DNA from: Planctomycetota bacterium
Lineage (GTDB): Bacteria; Planctomycetota; SZUA-567; H5-PLA8
Direction of reading: 5' to 3'
Assembly: GCA_038227875.1 (NCBI GenBank)
Contig: JBBRPR010000016.1
Span: 1-64,000, forward strand
DNA length: 64,000 nucleotides
Made by a program: the position numbers and the translations under genes. Shown one piece after another: positions 39,811-49,609 of the stretch. Under the pieces are notes generated by a model, which was not told the origin of the DNA, searched no databases, and worked only from the letters and a program-made list of their open reading frames with translations. How positions within the stretch are numbered: position 1 is the stretch's first letter; the number at the start of each line of letters is the position of its first letter.

Positions 39811-40634
39811 CGGCGTGCCTCCTGTGCCAATTGAGGTACCGGATTGAAGCGGAGTACGCGCACGGCGTTATCGTGAAGGATCAGGCGGAGCTGCTCCGGC
39901 GTCAATGCCGCGCCGAGGACACGGCCGACCTGCGTGCCGAAGTCTCGGATGGGCCAATCGGAGCCGTAAATCACGCGCTCCGCGCCAAGTTGCCGCACCG
40001 CGTACTCCACGAGCGCGGCCTCTGGCTGCCCGCCGGACGTATCGATCAGCACATTCGGGCAATCGGCGATGTCGAGTACGCCGCGCGCGCCATCCCCGGT
40101 GAGATGCGCCATGATGATTGTGACTTTCGGAAAGCGCCGCGCCAGGTCTGCGACTTCCGCGGGCGTGGATTCTCCCGTTTCCTCCACGTTAGGGGTCTGC
40201 TTGTACCAGGCGTGGTAAAGGATCGGGACGTTCAGCTCCTCGACGCGGCGGAGAATTGGATCGTGACGGCGATCGGTGGCCTTCACCGCGACCCAGAATT
40301 TCAAGCCCTTCATCCCGCCGCGGACGACGCAGCGTTCGATTTCTCCGAGCGTGAATTCCGGCGGGTGGCTGACGTTGACGTAGCAGAATCCGGTGAAGAA
40401 TTCCGGATGTCGTTTCATTGCGGCAAGCGTGTTGGAATTGACGGTCGTTACATGCTCGGGCTGCGGATTCCAGCCGCCCACAGAAATCAGATTTCCCAGC
40501 ACAACACTGTGCTCCACGCCGTGGCGCCGGGCGAGCCGTATCATCGTTTCCATCTCCACTTCGGATGGAACAGGTCCGCCGGATTCGAGATGCGTGTGAA
40601 TATCAATAATGGGATACGGAGGTGCGCTGCCCAT
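39807..40634 (-). CDS. Amidohydrolase-2 family protein
   Basis: IDIHTH, ILYHAW, IMAHL, YGSDWP. Confidence 0.9.
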   Translation of the reverse strand: MGSAPPYPIIDIHTHLESGGPVPSEVEMETMIRLARRHGVEHSVVLGNLISVGGWNPQPEHVTTVNSNTLAAMKRHPEFFTGFCYVNVSHPPEFTLGEIERCVVRGGMKGLKFWVAVKATDRRHDPILRRVEELNVPILYHAWYKQTPNVEETGESTPAEVADLARRFPKVTIIMAHLTGDGARGVLDIADCPNVLIDTSGGQPEAALVEYAVRQLGAERVIYGSDWPIRDFGTQVGRVLGAALTPEQLRLILHDNAVRVLRFNPVPQLAQEARR

Positions 40635-40688
40635 GATTGTTCCCCGCGTGCTTAAGAATTAGTTCACGGGGATTGTACAGAACGCCGC

Positions 40689-43601
40689 CTATCCGCGCCA
40701 GACCTGCAGCAGTTTGTTGGCGGCCAGCGCCACGTCTTTGCGTTTGTCCTGTGCGAGCGCTTCGATCAGCTTACGCAGCGCGCGGGCGCGGTGCGTTGCT
40801 GCGGCATCGAGCGCCGCGCGGACCACCGGCGCCGCCGGGTCGCGCAGCGCCTCGGCCCAGAACGGACGGTTGAGTTTCAATTCCTTGCGCGAGCAGTGAA
40901 GCGTGCCGCGCAGTACAGTCTGTCGCGCGCTGACGCTCATGTCGAGGAACACCTGCAGCAGCGGCAGGCAGTCAGTGAATTCGTAGCGGTAACTGAACAG
41001 GCACCACGCCACGCCTTCGCGATCGCCGGCGGCGGCGCGCTGGCGCAGTAGCAGCAACAACACCTGTCGCCAGACTTTAGAATCCATGCGTTTGCGCAAC
41101 GTATTGAGGAAACTCAACCGCGCCTGCAGCGGTTGTTGCGTCCAATTGGGCATCGCTTCCAGATCGTCCCGTTCAGCGGCGCAGGCCATCGCCTCGACCA
41201 TCGCGTTGACGATCCCAGTCTCTTCGCGGCGCGCGCGTCCCCAGCGGCTCCACAAGCGTCCGAAATATTCGGGAGGCGAGTATATCGCGACGGCGGCGAG
41301 CACACGGTTGACGCCGACATTGCCGAGCAGCGGATCGAGCGAGAGCAGCACCGACGGCCAGTGTTCGGTGTCGAGCCGGTACGAGAGCGAGCGGGCTTCG
41401 CGCAGCAATTCTGCCATCGGCGTGTTCCTGGGCCGGTTGCAGAGATCCGTAAGAATCCGTTCACAAGCGTCGCCGGGATCCTGCCGTGCGCTGGCGCGTT
41501 TATGTGGACCGAGGCGCAAAATCGCATCGACGAATTTCGTGGCCAGCCATTCGGCGCCGTCGACGATGTCCTTGCGACTGCAGATTTCGCGCACCCATGC
41601 ATGTGGGTCAAGCGACTCGCTGCCGACTTCGAGCACGTAATGTCCGTCAAAGCCCGACCAGTTTCCGCCGACATGCTTGCGCAGCGCTTCTCCCACAAAT
41701 GCGCCGCACGCTTCCAGGTCGTCGTCGTCGAGCGACGCGGCGTCGGCAAAGACGGCGCTGGCGATCAGGCCGATGCCTTCTTCATCGAGCGTCAGCAGAT
41801 CGTCGCCTTCGCCCCAATATTGCATGACGGCCTGCGCGAGTTCCGACATGCGCTGATCGATCTCGTTCTCCGGCGCCGGCAGTTCGCGAACCGCCCGAAT
41901 GTCGGGGCGCTCTTCCAGCGAGGGCCCCTGCGCGAGCGGACGGTCGAGCGCGCGGTCGACCGTCGCAACGCGCAGATGACGTAGGAGCGCGTCGCGCTGA
42001 TCGGCCTTCAAGCCGTGAAGTTCCAATCGCAATCCACGTCCCGGATGGAGCGGCGGGAGCAGTCCGGCGGGCAAGCCTGGAGTTCCCTCGCTCAGTGACT
42101 TCGCCTTCTTACGGCCGCGCGGTACGCCGGAGAGCACGGCTGCATCGAGCCGAATCCAACGCACGTCCAATTCAGGCTCCAGAGCCTTGTCGTTTTTGCG
42201 CGGAAGCGTCGGCAGCACGCGCCGTGCTTTCCAGCGGACCACCGCGCTGGGGTGCGCGCGCGCCAGCCGTTCGACGTGCGCGCGAATACCGGCCGCGACG
42301 GTGTCGGTCATGGGAAGGCTCAAGACATGCCGCAATACGCCCGGCGCCTTGCTGCGCAACGCACGGCGGAGCATCGCCAGAACGCGGTTGGAATCCAGCC
42401 ATGCGTGTAGCGACCAGTGATCGGGCAGGCGTGCTTTGAAGAGTTCCGCCTGCCATTGTTCCAGGAGTCGTTCCTGTGCGTTGGGATTGCCCATCACCGC
42501 CATCCACAGCAGCCTCGCCGCGTGGGAATCATCGGGGACGTAACCCCGCAGGCCGGGGAAGAGCAGGTCGGGAAAATGATCGACGTCGGGAATGCCCTGC
42601 GCGGCGAAGCGTGCCAGCAGCGCTTCGGATTCCGCATTCGCCCCCAGCCGCGCCAGTTCGCGTGCGATAAAGAGGTAGTCGTGGTTGCCCTGCGCGGGCA
42701 GCGGCGGATTTTTTCCCGGACGGCCCAGCCCGGCCACATTCAAGAACCAGCGCAGATCGTCGATCGCTTCCTTGCGATCACACGCCCCGGCGGCGAATTT
42801 CGCGGCCGTCAGGTGGCTCCATGCTTCCGCGTACACCCAGATCGACGCGGCGGAGACCGTGGCGTCTTCAATAATCCACGCGCGCAGCACAAATTGAATG
42901 TCGAATGCGCCCATGCGGCCCAGTGGTGTGAGCAGATGTTGCAAACGGACCTGTCGGTGCGCGCGCCGTGCGGCCAATGCTCGCGACCAGAGTTCCCCGG
43001 CGTGTTCGCTCTCGCCCAGCGCGCCCAGTGCTTCGGCGGCGGGAATGCGCGCGGGGCTCAGCTCCCAGCAGAGCGGCAGGCATTCGACGAGCAGTTCGCG
43101 GCGCTTGAGTTTCCAGATCGCCAGCGCGGCGATCTCGCGCAACTTCGGCGAATGGTGCTGCAAGAGCGTACGAATGTCGTTTTCGCGCAGCGGCGCTTTG
43201 ATCGAACATGCCGCATCGACGAGCGCCCGGATTCGCTCAATCGCTTCGGCGTCCGGCGTGGCGTGTTCTACGCGCGCCGCTTCGCGGTGGAAACGCTGCG
43301 CGATGGCCGCGCCGGTTTCATACCAACTGTCAACCGTGGCTGCATGCAGAACGGCTTCGAGTTCCTTGAACGACCGCGCGTGCAGAATCGTGGCGACGGC
43401 ACGACGAATCACAGCGTCGCCGCCCAGCTGCTGAAAGAGGTCCCAGATTTCGCGGCGCTGGCGTTGATCTTTTAAATGCCGGGGAGCATGGAGCAGGTTG
43501 TGAGCGAGCGAATCGGGATTGCTTTGGGCAAGTTTTGTCACATCGACAAGGCGTTGTCGCCGTTTGCGCTGAACCAGCCGTCTACCGTGTCGTAGTGGCA
43601 T
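40689..43601 (-). CDS. Large HEAT/ARM-repeat protein
   Basis: Repeated PBS-lyase/HEAT-like motifs (LREIAALAI, AAEALGALG, DPAAPVVRAALDA). Confidence 0.7.
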   Translation of the reverse strand: MPLRHGRRLVQRKRRQRLVDVTKLAQSNPDSLAHNLLHAPRHLKDQRQRREIWDLFQQLGGDAVIRRAVATILHARSFKELEAVLHAATVDSWYETGAAIAQRFHREAARVEHATPDAEAIERIRALVDAACSIKAPLRENDIRTLLQHHSPKLREIAALAIWKLKRRELLVECLPLCWELSPARIPAAEALGALGESEHAGELWSRALAARRAHRQVRLQHLLTPLGRMGAFDIQFVLRAWIIEDATVSAASIWVYAEAWSHLTAAKFAAGACDRKEAIDDLRWFLNVAGLGRPGKNPPLPAQGNHDYLFIARELARLGANAESEALLARFAAQGIPDVDHFPDLLFPGLRGYVPDDSHAARLLWMAVMGNPNAQERLLEQWQAELFKARLPDHWSLHAWLDSNRVLAMLRRALRSKAPGVLRHVLSLPMTDTVAAGIRAHVERLARAHPSAVVRWKARRVLPTLPRKNDKALEPELDVRWIRLDAAVLSGVPRGRKKAKSLSEGTPGLPAGLLPPLHPGRGLRLELHGLKADQRDALLRHLRVATVDRALDRPLAQGPSLEERPDIRAVRELPAPENEIDQRMSELAQAVMQYWGEGDDLLTLDEEGIGLIASAVFADAASLDDDDLEACGAFVGEALRKHVGGNWSGFDGHYVLEVGSESLDPHAWVREICSRKDIVDGAEWLATKFVDAILRLGPHKRASARQDPGDACERILTDLCNRPRNTPMAELLREARSLSYRLDTEHWPSVLLSLDPLLGNVGVNRVLAAVAIYSPPEYFGRLWSRWGRARREETGIVNAMVEAMACAAERDDLEAMPNWTQQPLQARLSFLNTLRKRMDSKVWRQVLLLLLRQRAAAGDREGVAWCLFSYRYEFTDCLPLLQVFLDMSVSARQTVLRGTLHCSRKELKLNRPFWAEALRDPAAPVVRAALDAAATHRARALRKLIEALAQDKRKDVALAANKLLQVWRG

Positions 43602-43611
43602 AAAATTATGG

Positions 43612-44349
43612 TCAATCCAGGACTGCACGAGTGATGGAACACGCTGCAATCGCCGCTGTTTCTACTCTAAGCACGTTCCTTGCCAGTTTTACCTGTCGCA
43701 ATCCGTGCGTCTTTCCCAGCGCCAACTCCTCCGGCGAAAACCCGCCTTCAGGTCCGATAAATATCAGCACCGATCGAGAGACCAGATTTGAGCGCTCTGC
43801 TTGAAGTAGGTCGACAAGGCTCATTTCCGCTCGCGGTTCGGCAATCAATGCCAGCGAGCTCTGCGCTTCGAGCTCGATGGCCTTCGCAAACGAAATCTCC
43901 GCGGAAATCTGCAGCGGTTCATTGCGGCCGCTCTGCTTGGCCGCTTCGTCGGCGATGCGCCGCAGCCGAGCGACGCCTTCGGCCTCGTCGTCTTTCGTCA
44001 CCACGCTGCGCGAGTAATGTATGGGGATCAGGCGATCAAGACCCAGCTCGCTGCACTTTTCAACCAATACTGAGGCGCGTTTGCCTTTCGGCCAGGCCGC
44101 AGCGATGGCAAGCCGATGGACATTTGTCTGCGGTTGATTGACGGACTGGATGCGCGCGGCGTATTCCCCGGCCGTTGTGGTGAGGACCGCAGTGGCACTG
44201 CGGCCGGCGCCGTCGAACAATTCAATCGGCGCGTCGTGATCCAGGCGCAGCACGCGGGCATGGCGAAGCTCGTCCGGCGGCAGGATCAGCGCATCGCCCG
44301 GGCCGACATGCTCCAATGATTCCACGCGAAAACGGCGCACTTTCGACAT
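43612..44349 (-). CDS. rsmE: 16S rRNA m3U1498 methyltransferase
   Basis: HARVLR, VEKCSELG, EAAKQSGR, IGPEGGF, LRVETA. Confidence 0.95.
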   Translation of the reverse strand: MSKVRRFRVESLEHVGPGDALILPPDELRHARVLRLDHDAPIELFDGAGRSATAVLTTTAGEYAARIQSVNQPQTNVHRLAIAAAWPKGKRASVLVEKCSELGLDRLIPIHYSRSVVTKDDEAEGVARLRRIADEAAKQSGRNEPLQISAEISFAKAIELEAQSSLALIAEPRAEMSLVDLLQAERSNLVSRSVLIFIGPEGGFSPEELALGKTHGLRQVKLARNVLRVETAAIAACSITRAVLD

Positions 44350-44382
44350 GACCTGATTTTCTCCGCTCTGCTCGCTACGACG

Positions 44383-45192
44383 TTACCCGCGCGCGAAGGA
44401 TGCTGCGCGGATATTTTTGATTCCGGCTGCGTGCAGCGTGCGCGCGCATTCGGAAACGGTACTGCCGGTCGTAATCACGTCGTCGATAAGCAGAATGGAA
44501 GAGGCGGCGAAGCGCCTGGCCAGTTTGGAATTGCATGCGAATGCGCCATCGAGATTGACGCGGCGCCTTTCACGGCCCAGCGTGGCCTGGGCTGGAGTGG
44601 GGCGGATCTTTTCGAGCAGCGCCGGTTCGCAGCGCAGCTTCAAGCGTCCGGCGACGCGGCGCGCGAGCTCTTCGGCCTGATTAAAGCCGCGTTCGCGCAG
44701 ACCCCGCCGCGTCAGCGGCGCAGGCACCACGATACAATCGGGCTGAATCAGCTTTGTGGCTTCGATGCGGCGCGCCAGAATCTCTCCCATCAAATGAGCG
44801 ACGTGGATATTGCGTCCAAATTTCAGCGCGAGCACAACGTCGCGGACCGGTCCCTCAGAATAGACGGCGGCCGCTGCAATCGCTTCGATGAAACGCGGCG
44901 GAAACGAGCGGCACGAACCGCATTCCGCGACCATGCCCGAACCCAGGCCCACTGCATCGCCGCAGCGGCTGCAGCGGTCGGAGCCGATCCAGCGCACGCG
45001 CGTGGCGCAGGCGAGGCAGAGCACCTTATTCTGCGCCGGCTGCAGCGGAATGCCGCAGGAACTACAATGCGGCGGGAAGATCAGATCGAGCAGGGCGTCC
45101 GCGCCACGGCGGAGCCGTGGCAGCGGCGCGGTGCCGGCGAACGCAGGTGACTCGAAGAGGAGCGTGCGGGTTTCGCGATCGAGTGTTTGCAA
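44383..45192 (-). CDS. comF: ComF family (double zinc ribbon + PRTase)
   Basis: FPPHC..C, RGFNQA, LLIDDVITTGST. Confidence 0.88.
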   Translation of the reverse strand: MQTLDRETRTLLFESPAFAGTAPLPRLRRGADALLDLIFPPHCSSCGIPLQPAQNKVLCLACATRVRWIGSDRCSRCGDAVGLGSGMVAECGSCRSFPPRFIEAIAAAAVYSEGPVRDVVLALKFGRNIHVAHLMGEILARRIEATKLIQPDCIVVPAPLTRRGLRERGFNQAEELARRVAGRLKLRCEPALLEKIRPTPAQATLGRERRRVNLDGAFACNSKLARRFAASSILLIDDVITTGSTVSECARTLHAAGIKNIRAASFARG

Positions 45193-45295
45193 GAAGCGCG
45201 TCCTTGAAGCGTGTTGAGTTCGCAGGTTCCCGTTTAGAGCTGTATTTCCACCATTTCTTTTATCACAAATCGGCAGTGCTCAAATGCGAATCCGG

Positions 45296-47518
45296 TCACT
45301 CGATTGGCGGACGCTCCGCGACGAAATTGTAAATGTCCTGGCCCAGTCGCGGATCCTCCAGATTTTGAGTCGTGACCAAGCGCTCGCCGTCGAAATGACG
45401 AAGGACAAATCCTTGCCGATGCAGATCGCTTAAAAGGATGCGTGCCGTGTAATGGAAGCTGTACGCAGCGACATCGACGGCTTCAAAAAAGAGCGTGACG
45501 TCGCGACAACGTGCCAGGGTTTCGTGCGCACCCTCCAGCACCAGACGCTCCGCGCCCTCGACATCGATCTTGAGCACGTCGACGCGGGCCACATTCAGCT
45601 CTTTCAGTGCCGCGTCAAGCGTAGTGGTTTCGACGGATTCCCACTTTTCAATCTTCTGTCCGGCGTGGGCAGTTTTGGCCAGCGAGTTCATCGCGCCATC
45701 GGTGGAGATCGCCAGCGATGCCGTGCCCGCCGAGGCGCTGACAGCTTTCGAGACGATCGTAACATTGGTCAGTTGATTTAAAGAGACATTTCGCCGCAGC
45801 AGTTCAACGTTGCGCGGATCGGGCTCGAAGGCGATGACACGGCCTTCGGGTCCCACCACGCGCGCGGCAACGACGGTGAAAATGCCGCCGTTGGCTCCGA
45901 TATCGACGAAGATTCCGCCGGATTTCAGACGTTCCCGGATGAATCGTAGTTCCGCGCCCTCGAACGACCCGTTGAACAGGCAGAACCCGATAATTGAATC
46001 GGCTGGATAGACGAATTTAGAGCCGTCCGGAAGAGTAAAATTCGCCAGACCTGGTTTTAAAATGCAACGCACGCGCCAGAGTTTATTCATCACGGCGACG
46101 CGGAAATCGGAGAGACCAAACATGGCGATGATGCTAACACCGCACGCGAGCACGCGCGAAGCGTCGTTCGGCGCGAGCCAGCACAGCGGAATTCCGAGAC
46201 CGAAAGCAACCATCGGACGGGCCAGCCAGCCCAACCACATCCGCGAGGTCACATGCGCGAGGCTGAAACCGAGAATGGTCAGCAGCCACGCCAACTGATA
46301 GCCGGCGTTTCCGGCCACTGCGCCGTTCAGCCCAAACTTGGACGCGCCGAGCGCAATAGACGCGATCGCGAGCAGCGCGCTGCAAAGGACGATTGCTGCA
46401 GTTTCGCGCGTGGCTTTCAGGCCCAGGCACAGCATGTAGCCGGTCGCATTGAGCGAGTAGAGCGCGTAAATCACCATCGCCAATCGGAACGGAAGAACGA
46501 AATCGTCGACAGGAAGCCCCGGCAGCATCAGCGCCAGAATCCGCGCGGCAAACGCGAAGAAAATCACCGCGAGCGCCAGCGCGACGATCGCATTAGCCTC
46601 CAACGCGCGACGGAGCCGCGGCCGCGCGTACACGGCGTCCTGTGCGGCGAGCAACCGGCTGACTTCCGGCAGCAGAGGTTGCACGCCGATCGCCGAGAGC
46701 GAATTGATTTGCCCTGCAACGGAGGTGATTGCCGCGTAGATGGCAGCCACCGAAGCGCCGAGAATGCTGCCCACGACGAGACGGTCAGCCTGGCTGAAAA
46801 TCTGTGAACCGAGTGTCGAGAGGCAGGTCCACCACGCTTGAGTTCCCACCTCGCGCGCGCGCGCACGGTTCCAAGCGGGTTTCAGGCGAGCCGGACCGAG
46901 TAGCAGCGCTGCGTAGGCACCATGGATCAGCAGACCTGCCGCACTGACCCAGACCTGCCAGTGCATGAACTCGACGGTCTGGCCACCGCGATTTGCCAGT
47001 ACAATCATGCCGAGATTTGCTGCACTGGATTGCAGCGTGAGCAGCACATTCATCGGTCCGTAGCGCTGAAATCCCTGCTGTACGCCCAGCGCGAGTTGCT
47101 GCATCAAACGCGTCCAAACCCACGCACTTCCGAGACGCAGCGCTGCCGCGAGTTCCGTGCATTGCAGTGCGGTGAGCTTGCTGAATTGTGCGGCAATCAG
47201 TTCGGCATCGAAGTAAAGTCCGACGGACAGCACGGTAGCCATGACGATGGTGAGGGCGCTTAAAAAGGTCAGCGATGCTGTGACATCCCGCGGTTCGTCG
47301 CGGTCGCGAGCGACAAAAACGATCGTGGTGAGATTCAGTGCCGACTCGGCCACCGCGACCAGGGCGACCAGCGAAGCGGCGAGCGTCCAGACGCCGTAAG
47401 CTTCCAGTCCCGCGAACTTGACGACGTAGCGGATCGTGGCGAGGCCCACGGCGGTGCGGACCAGCGCGCCAGCGATGTTGTAAATTCCGTTTCGCGACAC
47501 AGGACTTATTCTATGCAA
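45296..47518 (-). CDS. Wzx-like flippase fused to FkbM-family methyltransferase
   Basis: Multi-TM N-part (GLEAYGVW, QADRLVVG..AAIYA) then FVDIGANGG, AFEP, LKIDVEGAE in one frame. Confidence 0.85.
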   Translation of the reverse strand: MHRISPVSRNGIYNIAGALVRTAVGLATIRYVVKFAGLEAYGVWTLAASLVALVAVAESALNLTTIVFVARDRDEPRDVTASLTFLSALTIVMATVLSVGLYFDAELIAAQFSKLTALQCTELAAALRLGSAWVWTRLMQQLALGVQQGFQRYGPMNVLLTLQSSAANLGMIVLANRGGQTVEFMHWQVWVSAAGLLIHGAYAALLLGPARLKPAWNRARAREVGTQAWWTCLSTLGSQIFSQADRLVVGSILGASVAAIYAAITSVAGQINSLSAIGVQPLLPEVSRLLAAQDAVYARPRLRRALEANAIVALALAVIFFAFAARILALMLPGLPVDDFVLPFRLAMVIYALYSLNATGYMLCLGLKATRETAAIVLCSALLAIASIALGASKFGLNGAVAGNAGYQLAWLLTILGFSLAHVTSRMWLGWLARPMVAFGLGIPLCWLAPNDASRVLACGVSIIAMFGLSDFRVAVMNKLWRVRCILKPGLANFTLPDGSKFVYPADSIIGFCLFNGSFEGAELRFIRERLKSGGIFVDIGANGGIFTVVAARVVGPEGRVIAFEPDPRNVELLRRNVSLNQLTNVTIVSKAVSASAGTASLAISTDGAMNSLAKTAHAGQKIEKWESVETTTLDAALKELNVARVDVLKIDVEGAERLVLEGAHETLARCRDVTLFFEAVDVAAYSFHYTARILLSDLHRQGFVLRHFDGERLVTTQNLEDPRLGQDIYNFVAERPPIE

Positions 47519-47559
47519 GCGCTACAATTCGCACGATCAAATCACGGCGGAGGCGGGCG

Positions 47560-48303
47560 ATGTCGCGGGTCAAAGATATTCTGTTTGCATTGCGCAATTC
47601 CGAGCAGCTCCACATCTATCGCGACTTCCTGAGTGATCATTACCAGCGGCACAATCTCGCGCGCCTGCAGCATCTCGCCAGCCTGGGGCTCGAACTGGAC
47701 CGCAAGCACGTACTCGAAGTCGGCGCGGGAATCGGCGACCACAGTCTCTTCTATCTGTATAGGGGTTGCGAGGTACTGCCGACCGATGGCCGTCCGGAAA
47801 ACGTCGACTTCATCCGCAAGCGCCTGGGCATCCGCGCCGAGGTGCTCGACCCGGAGCAGCATCCCGAACAACTGGGCGCGCTGGGTAAGTTCGACCTTCT
47901 GCATTGCTACGGCTTTCTATATCACATCGCGAATCCAGAAGTCTTTCTCGAACACGCCGCGAAATCCGCGCACACGCTTTTGCTGGAGACCTGCGTCTCG
48001 TGGGGCAAGGATGTGCAGAAAAACGTGGTTTCGGAGCAGGCAGAGGTGCTTTGCCAGGCTCTGCATGGGAAAGGCTGCCGCCCAACGCGGCCTTGGATTT
48101 TTCAGACGCTGCAACAGCACTTCAAATATGTCTACTGTTCCCGCACGCAGCCGAAGCATGCGGAATTTCCGCTCAATTGGGAGCAGCCCTTCGCCAATCC
48201 CGCGCTGCTTTCGCGCGCTGTTTTTGTCGCCAGCCACGCGCCGGTGGCGAGCGTGAAGCTGACGAGTGAGTTGCCGATGCACTATGAGGATCATTCAAAA
48301 TGA
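47560..48303 (+). CDS. Class I SAM methyltransferase
   Basis: VLEVGAGIG, FDLLHCYGFLYH; GGAGG RBS. Confidence 0.88.
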   Translation: MSRVKDILFALRNSEQLHIYRDFLSDHYQRHNLARLQHLASLGLELDRKHVLEVGAGIGDHSLFYLYRGCEVLPTDGRPENVDFIRKRLGIRAEVLDPEQHPEQLGALGKFDLLHCYGFLYHIANPEVFLEHAAKSAHTLLLETCVSWGKDVQKNVVSEQAEVLCQALHGKGCRPTRPWIFQTLQQHFKYVYCSRTQPKHAEFPLNWEQPFANPALLSRAVFVASHAPVASVKLTSELPMHYEDHSK

Positions 48304-48304
48304 T

Positions 48305-48333
48305 TTGCGCACGATCAATTCTTGAGGTACATT
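48305..48333 (+). promoter_or_regulatory. Sigma-70 promoter of the DAHP synthase leader
   Basis: TTGCGC-N17-TACATT. Confidence 0.55.
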
Positions 48334-48355
48334 AGACAAAGTTTGGAGGTTGTTT

Positions 48356-48433
48356 GTGAATTCAATGGGTCTGTACTTTTACGCATACTTTACCTTTCCC
48401 TGGCGTCGGCCAGGGCTGAGGGAAGCTGCGTAA
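48356..48433 (+). CDS. Aromatic amino acid leader peptide MNSMGLYFYAYFTFPWRRPGLREAA
   Basis: GGAGG at 48345; GTG 48356 (in-frame ATG 48365); 7 of 10 consecutive codons are Tyr/Phe/Trp. Confidence 0.88.
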   Translation: MNSMGLYFYAYFTFPWRRPGLREAA

Positions 48434-48460
48434 ACGTTCCAAACGTTTAAGCCGTCCTTC

Positions 48461-48488
48461 AAGCCCTGGGTGATCTCAGGGCTTTTTT
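48461..48488 (+). terminator. Attenuator terminator
   Basis: AAGCCCTGGG-TGAT-CTCAGGGCTT followed by a U run. Confidence 0.9.
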
Positions 48489-48542
48489 GTTTCGCCAAAC
48501 GTGCGGCGTGAAGGTCCCCGGGACACCAGTAAAGGATCAGAG

Positions 48543-49601
48543 ATGAAAGAGAAAATCGAGAACCAGAACATCCTGGAGGCTACGCCCTTGGTGTCCCCGA
48601 ACGCCGTTCAAAAGAAGCTGCCCATCTCGCCGGGCGCCGCGGACGTGGTAATCAATACGCGACAGGCGATCCGCGACATCATTCACGGCCGCGATACCCG
48701 CCGCATCCTCATCGTCGTTGGTCCCTGCTCGATTCACGACACCGAAGCGGCGCTCGACTACGCGAAGAAACTGAAAGCCGTCGCCGACGTCACGCGCAAC
48801 GAGCTGGTCATCGTGATGCGCACCTATTTTGAGAAACCGCGCACGACCGTCGGCTGGAAGGGACTGATCAACGACCCGCTGCTCGACGGCTCCTGCAACA
48901 TCGCCGAAGGCTTGAATCTCGCCCGCACGCTGCTGCTGAACATCAACGCCATGGGCCTGGCCTGCGCCAGCGAAATGCTCGACCCAGTCACGCCGCAGTA
49001 CATCGCGGACCTGGTGAGCTGGGCGGCGATCGGCGCGCGCACGACCGAAAGCCAGACGCACCGCGAAATGGCCAGCGGATTGTCGATGCCCGTGGGCTTC
49101 AAGAATGGCACCGACGGCAGCCTGCAAGTCGCATTGAATGCCATGATTTCCGCGCGGCATGCGCACAGTTTCCTGGGCATCAACGCCGACGGCATGACCT
49201 CCGTGATCAAGACCAAGGGCAATCCCGATCGTCACGTCGTGTTGCGCGGCGGCGGCGGTGAAACGAACTTCAGTCCCGCCGACATCGCCGCAGCGGCGGA
49301 GCTCGTGAAAGACGAAGGCGTCGTCCGTCCGGTGATGGTGGATTGCTCGCACGGCAACGCCGACAAGGATCACACGCGCCAGGCCACGGCCTGCCGCGAA
49401 GTCGCCCGCCAGATCGCCTCCGGCCAGAACAAGATCATGGGCCTGATGATCGAAAGCCACATCAACCCCGGCAAGCAGAGCTGGAAGCAGGGCGTGAAAC
49501 TCGCGTACGGCGTGTCGATCACCGACGCCTGCATCGGCTATCCGGAAACGGAAGTGCTGCTGAAGGAACTGGCGGAAGCGGTGAAGCAGGGCGGGAAGTA
49601 G
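48543..49601 (+). CDS. aroF: DAHP synthase, class I-alpha (AroF/G/H family)
   Basis: GPCSIHD, EKPRTTVGWKG, IGARTTESQTHREMASG, DCSHGN, SITDAC. Isozyme specificity not determinable. Confidence 0.95.
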   Translation: MKEKIENQNILEATPLVSPNAVQKKLPISPGAADVVINTRQAIRDIIHGRDTRRILIVVGPCSIHDTEAALDYAKKLKAVADVTRNELVIVMRTYFEKPRTTVGWKGLINDPLLDGSCNIAEGLNLARTLLLNINAMGLACASEMLDPVTPQYIADLVSWAAIGARTTESQTHREMASGLSMPVGFKNGTDGSLQVALNAMISARHAHSFLGINADGMTSVIKTKGNPDRHVVLRGGGGETNFSPADIAAAAELVKDEGVVRPVMVDCSHGNADKDHTRQATACREVARQIASGQNKIMGLMIESHINPGKQSWKQGVKLAYGVSITDACIGYPETEVLLKELAEAVKQGGK

Positions 49602-49609
49602 CGTTTCTA

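Noticed and set aside
48501..48542. Longer GTG start for DAHP synthase
   Set aside because: ATG 48543 has AAGGA upstream and fits the family N-terminus.
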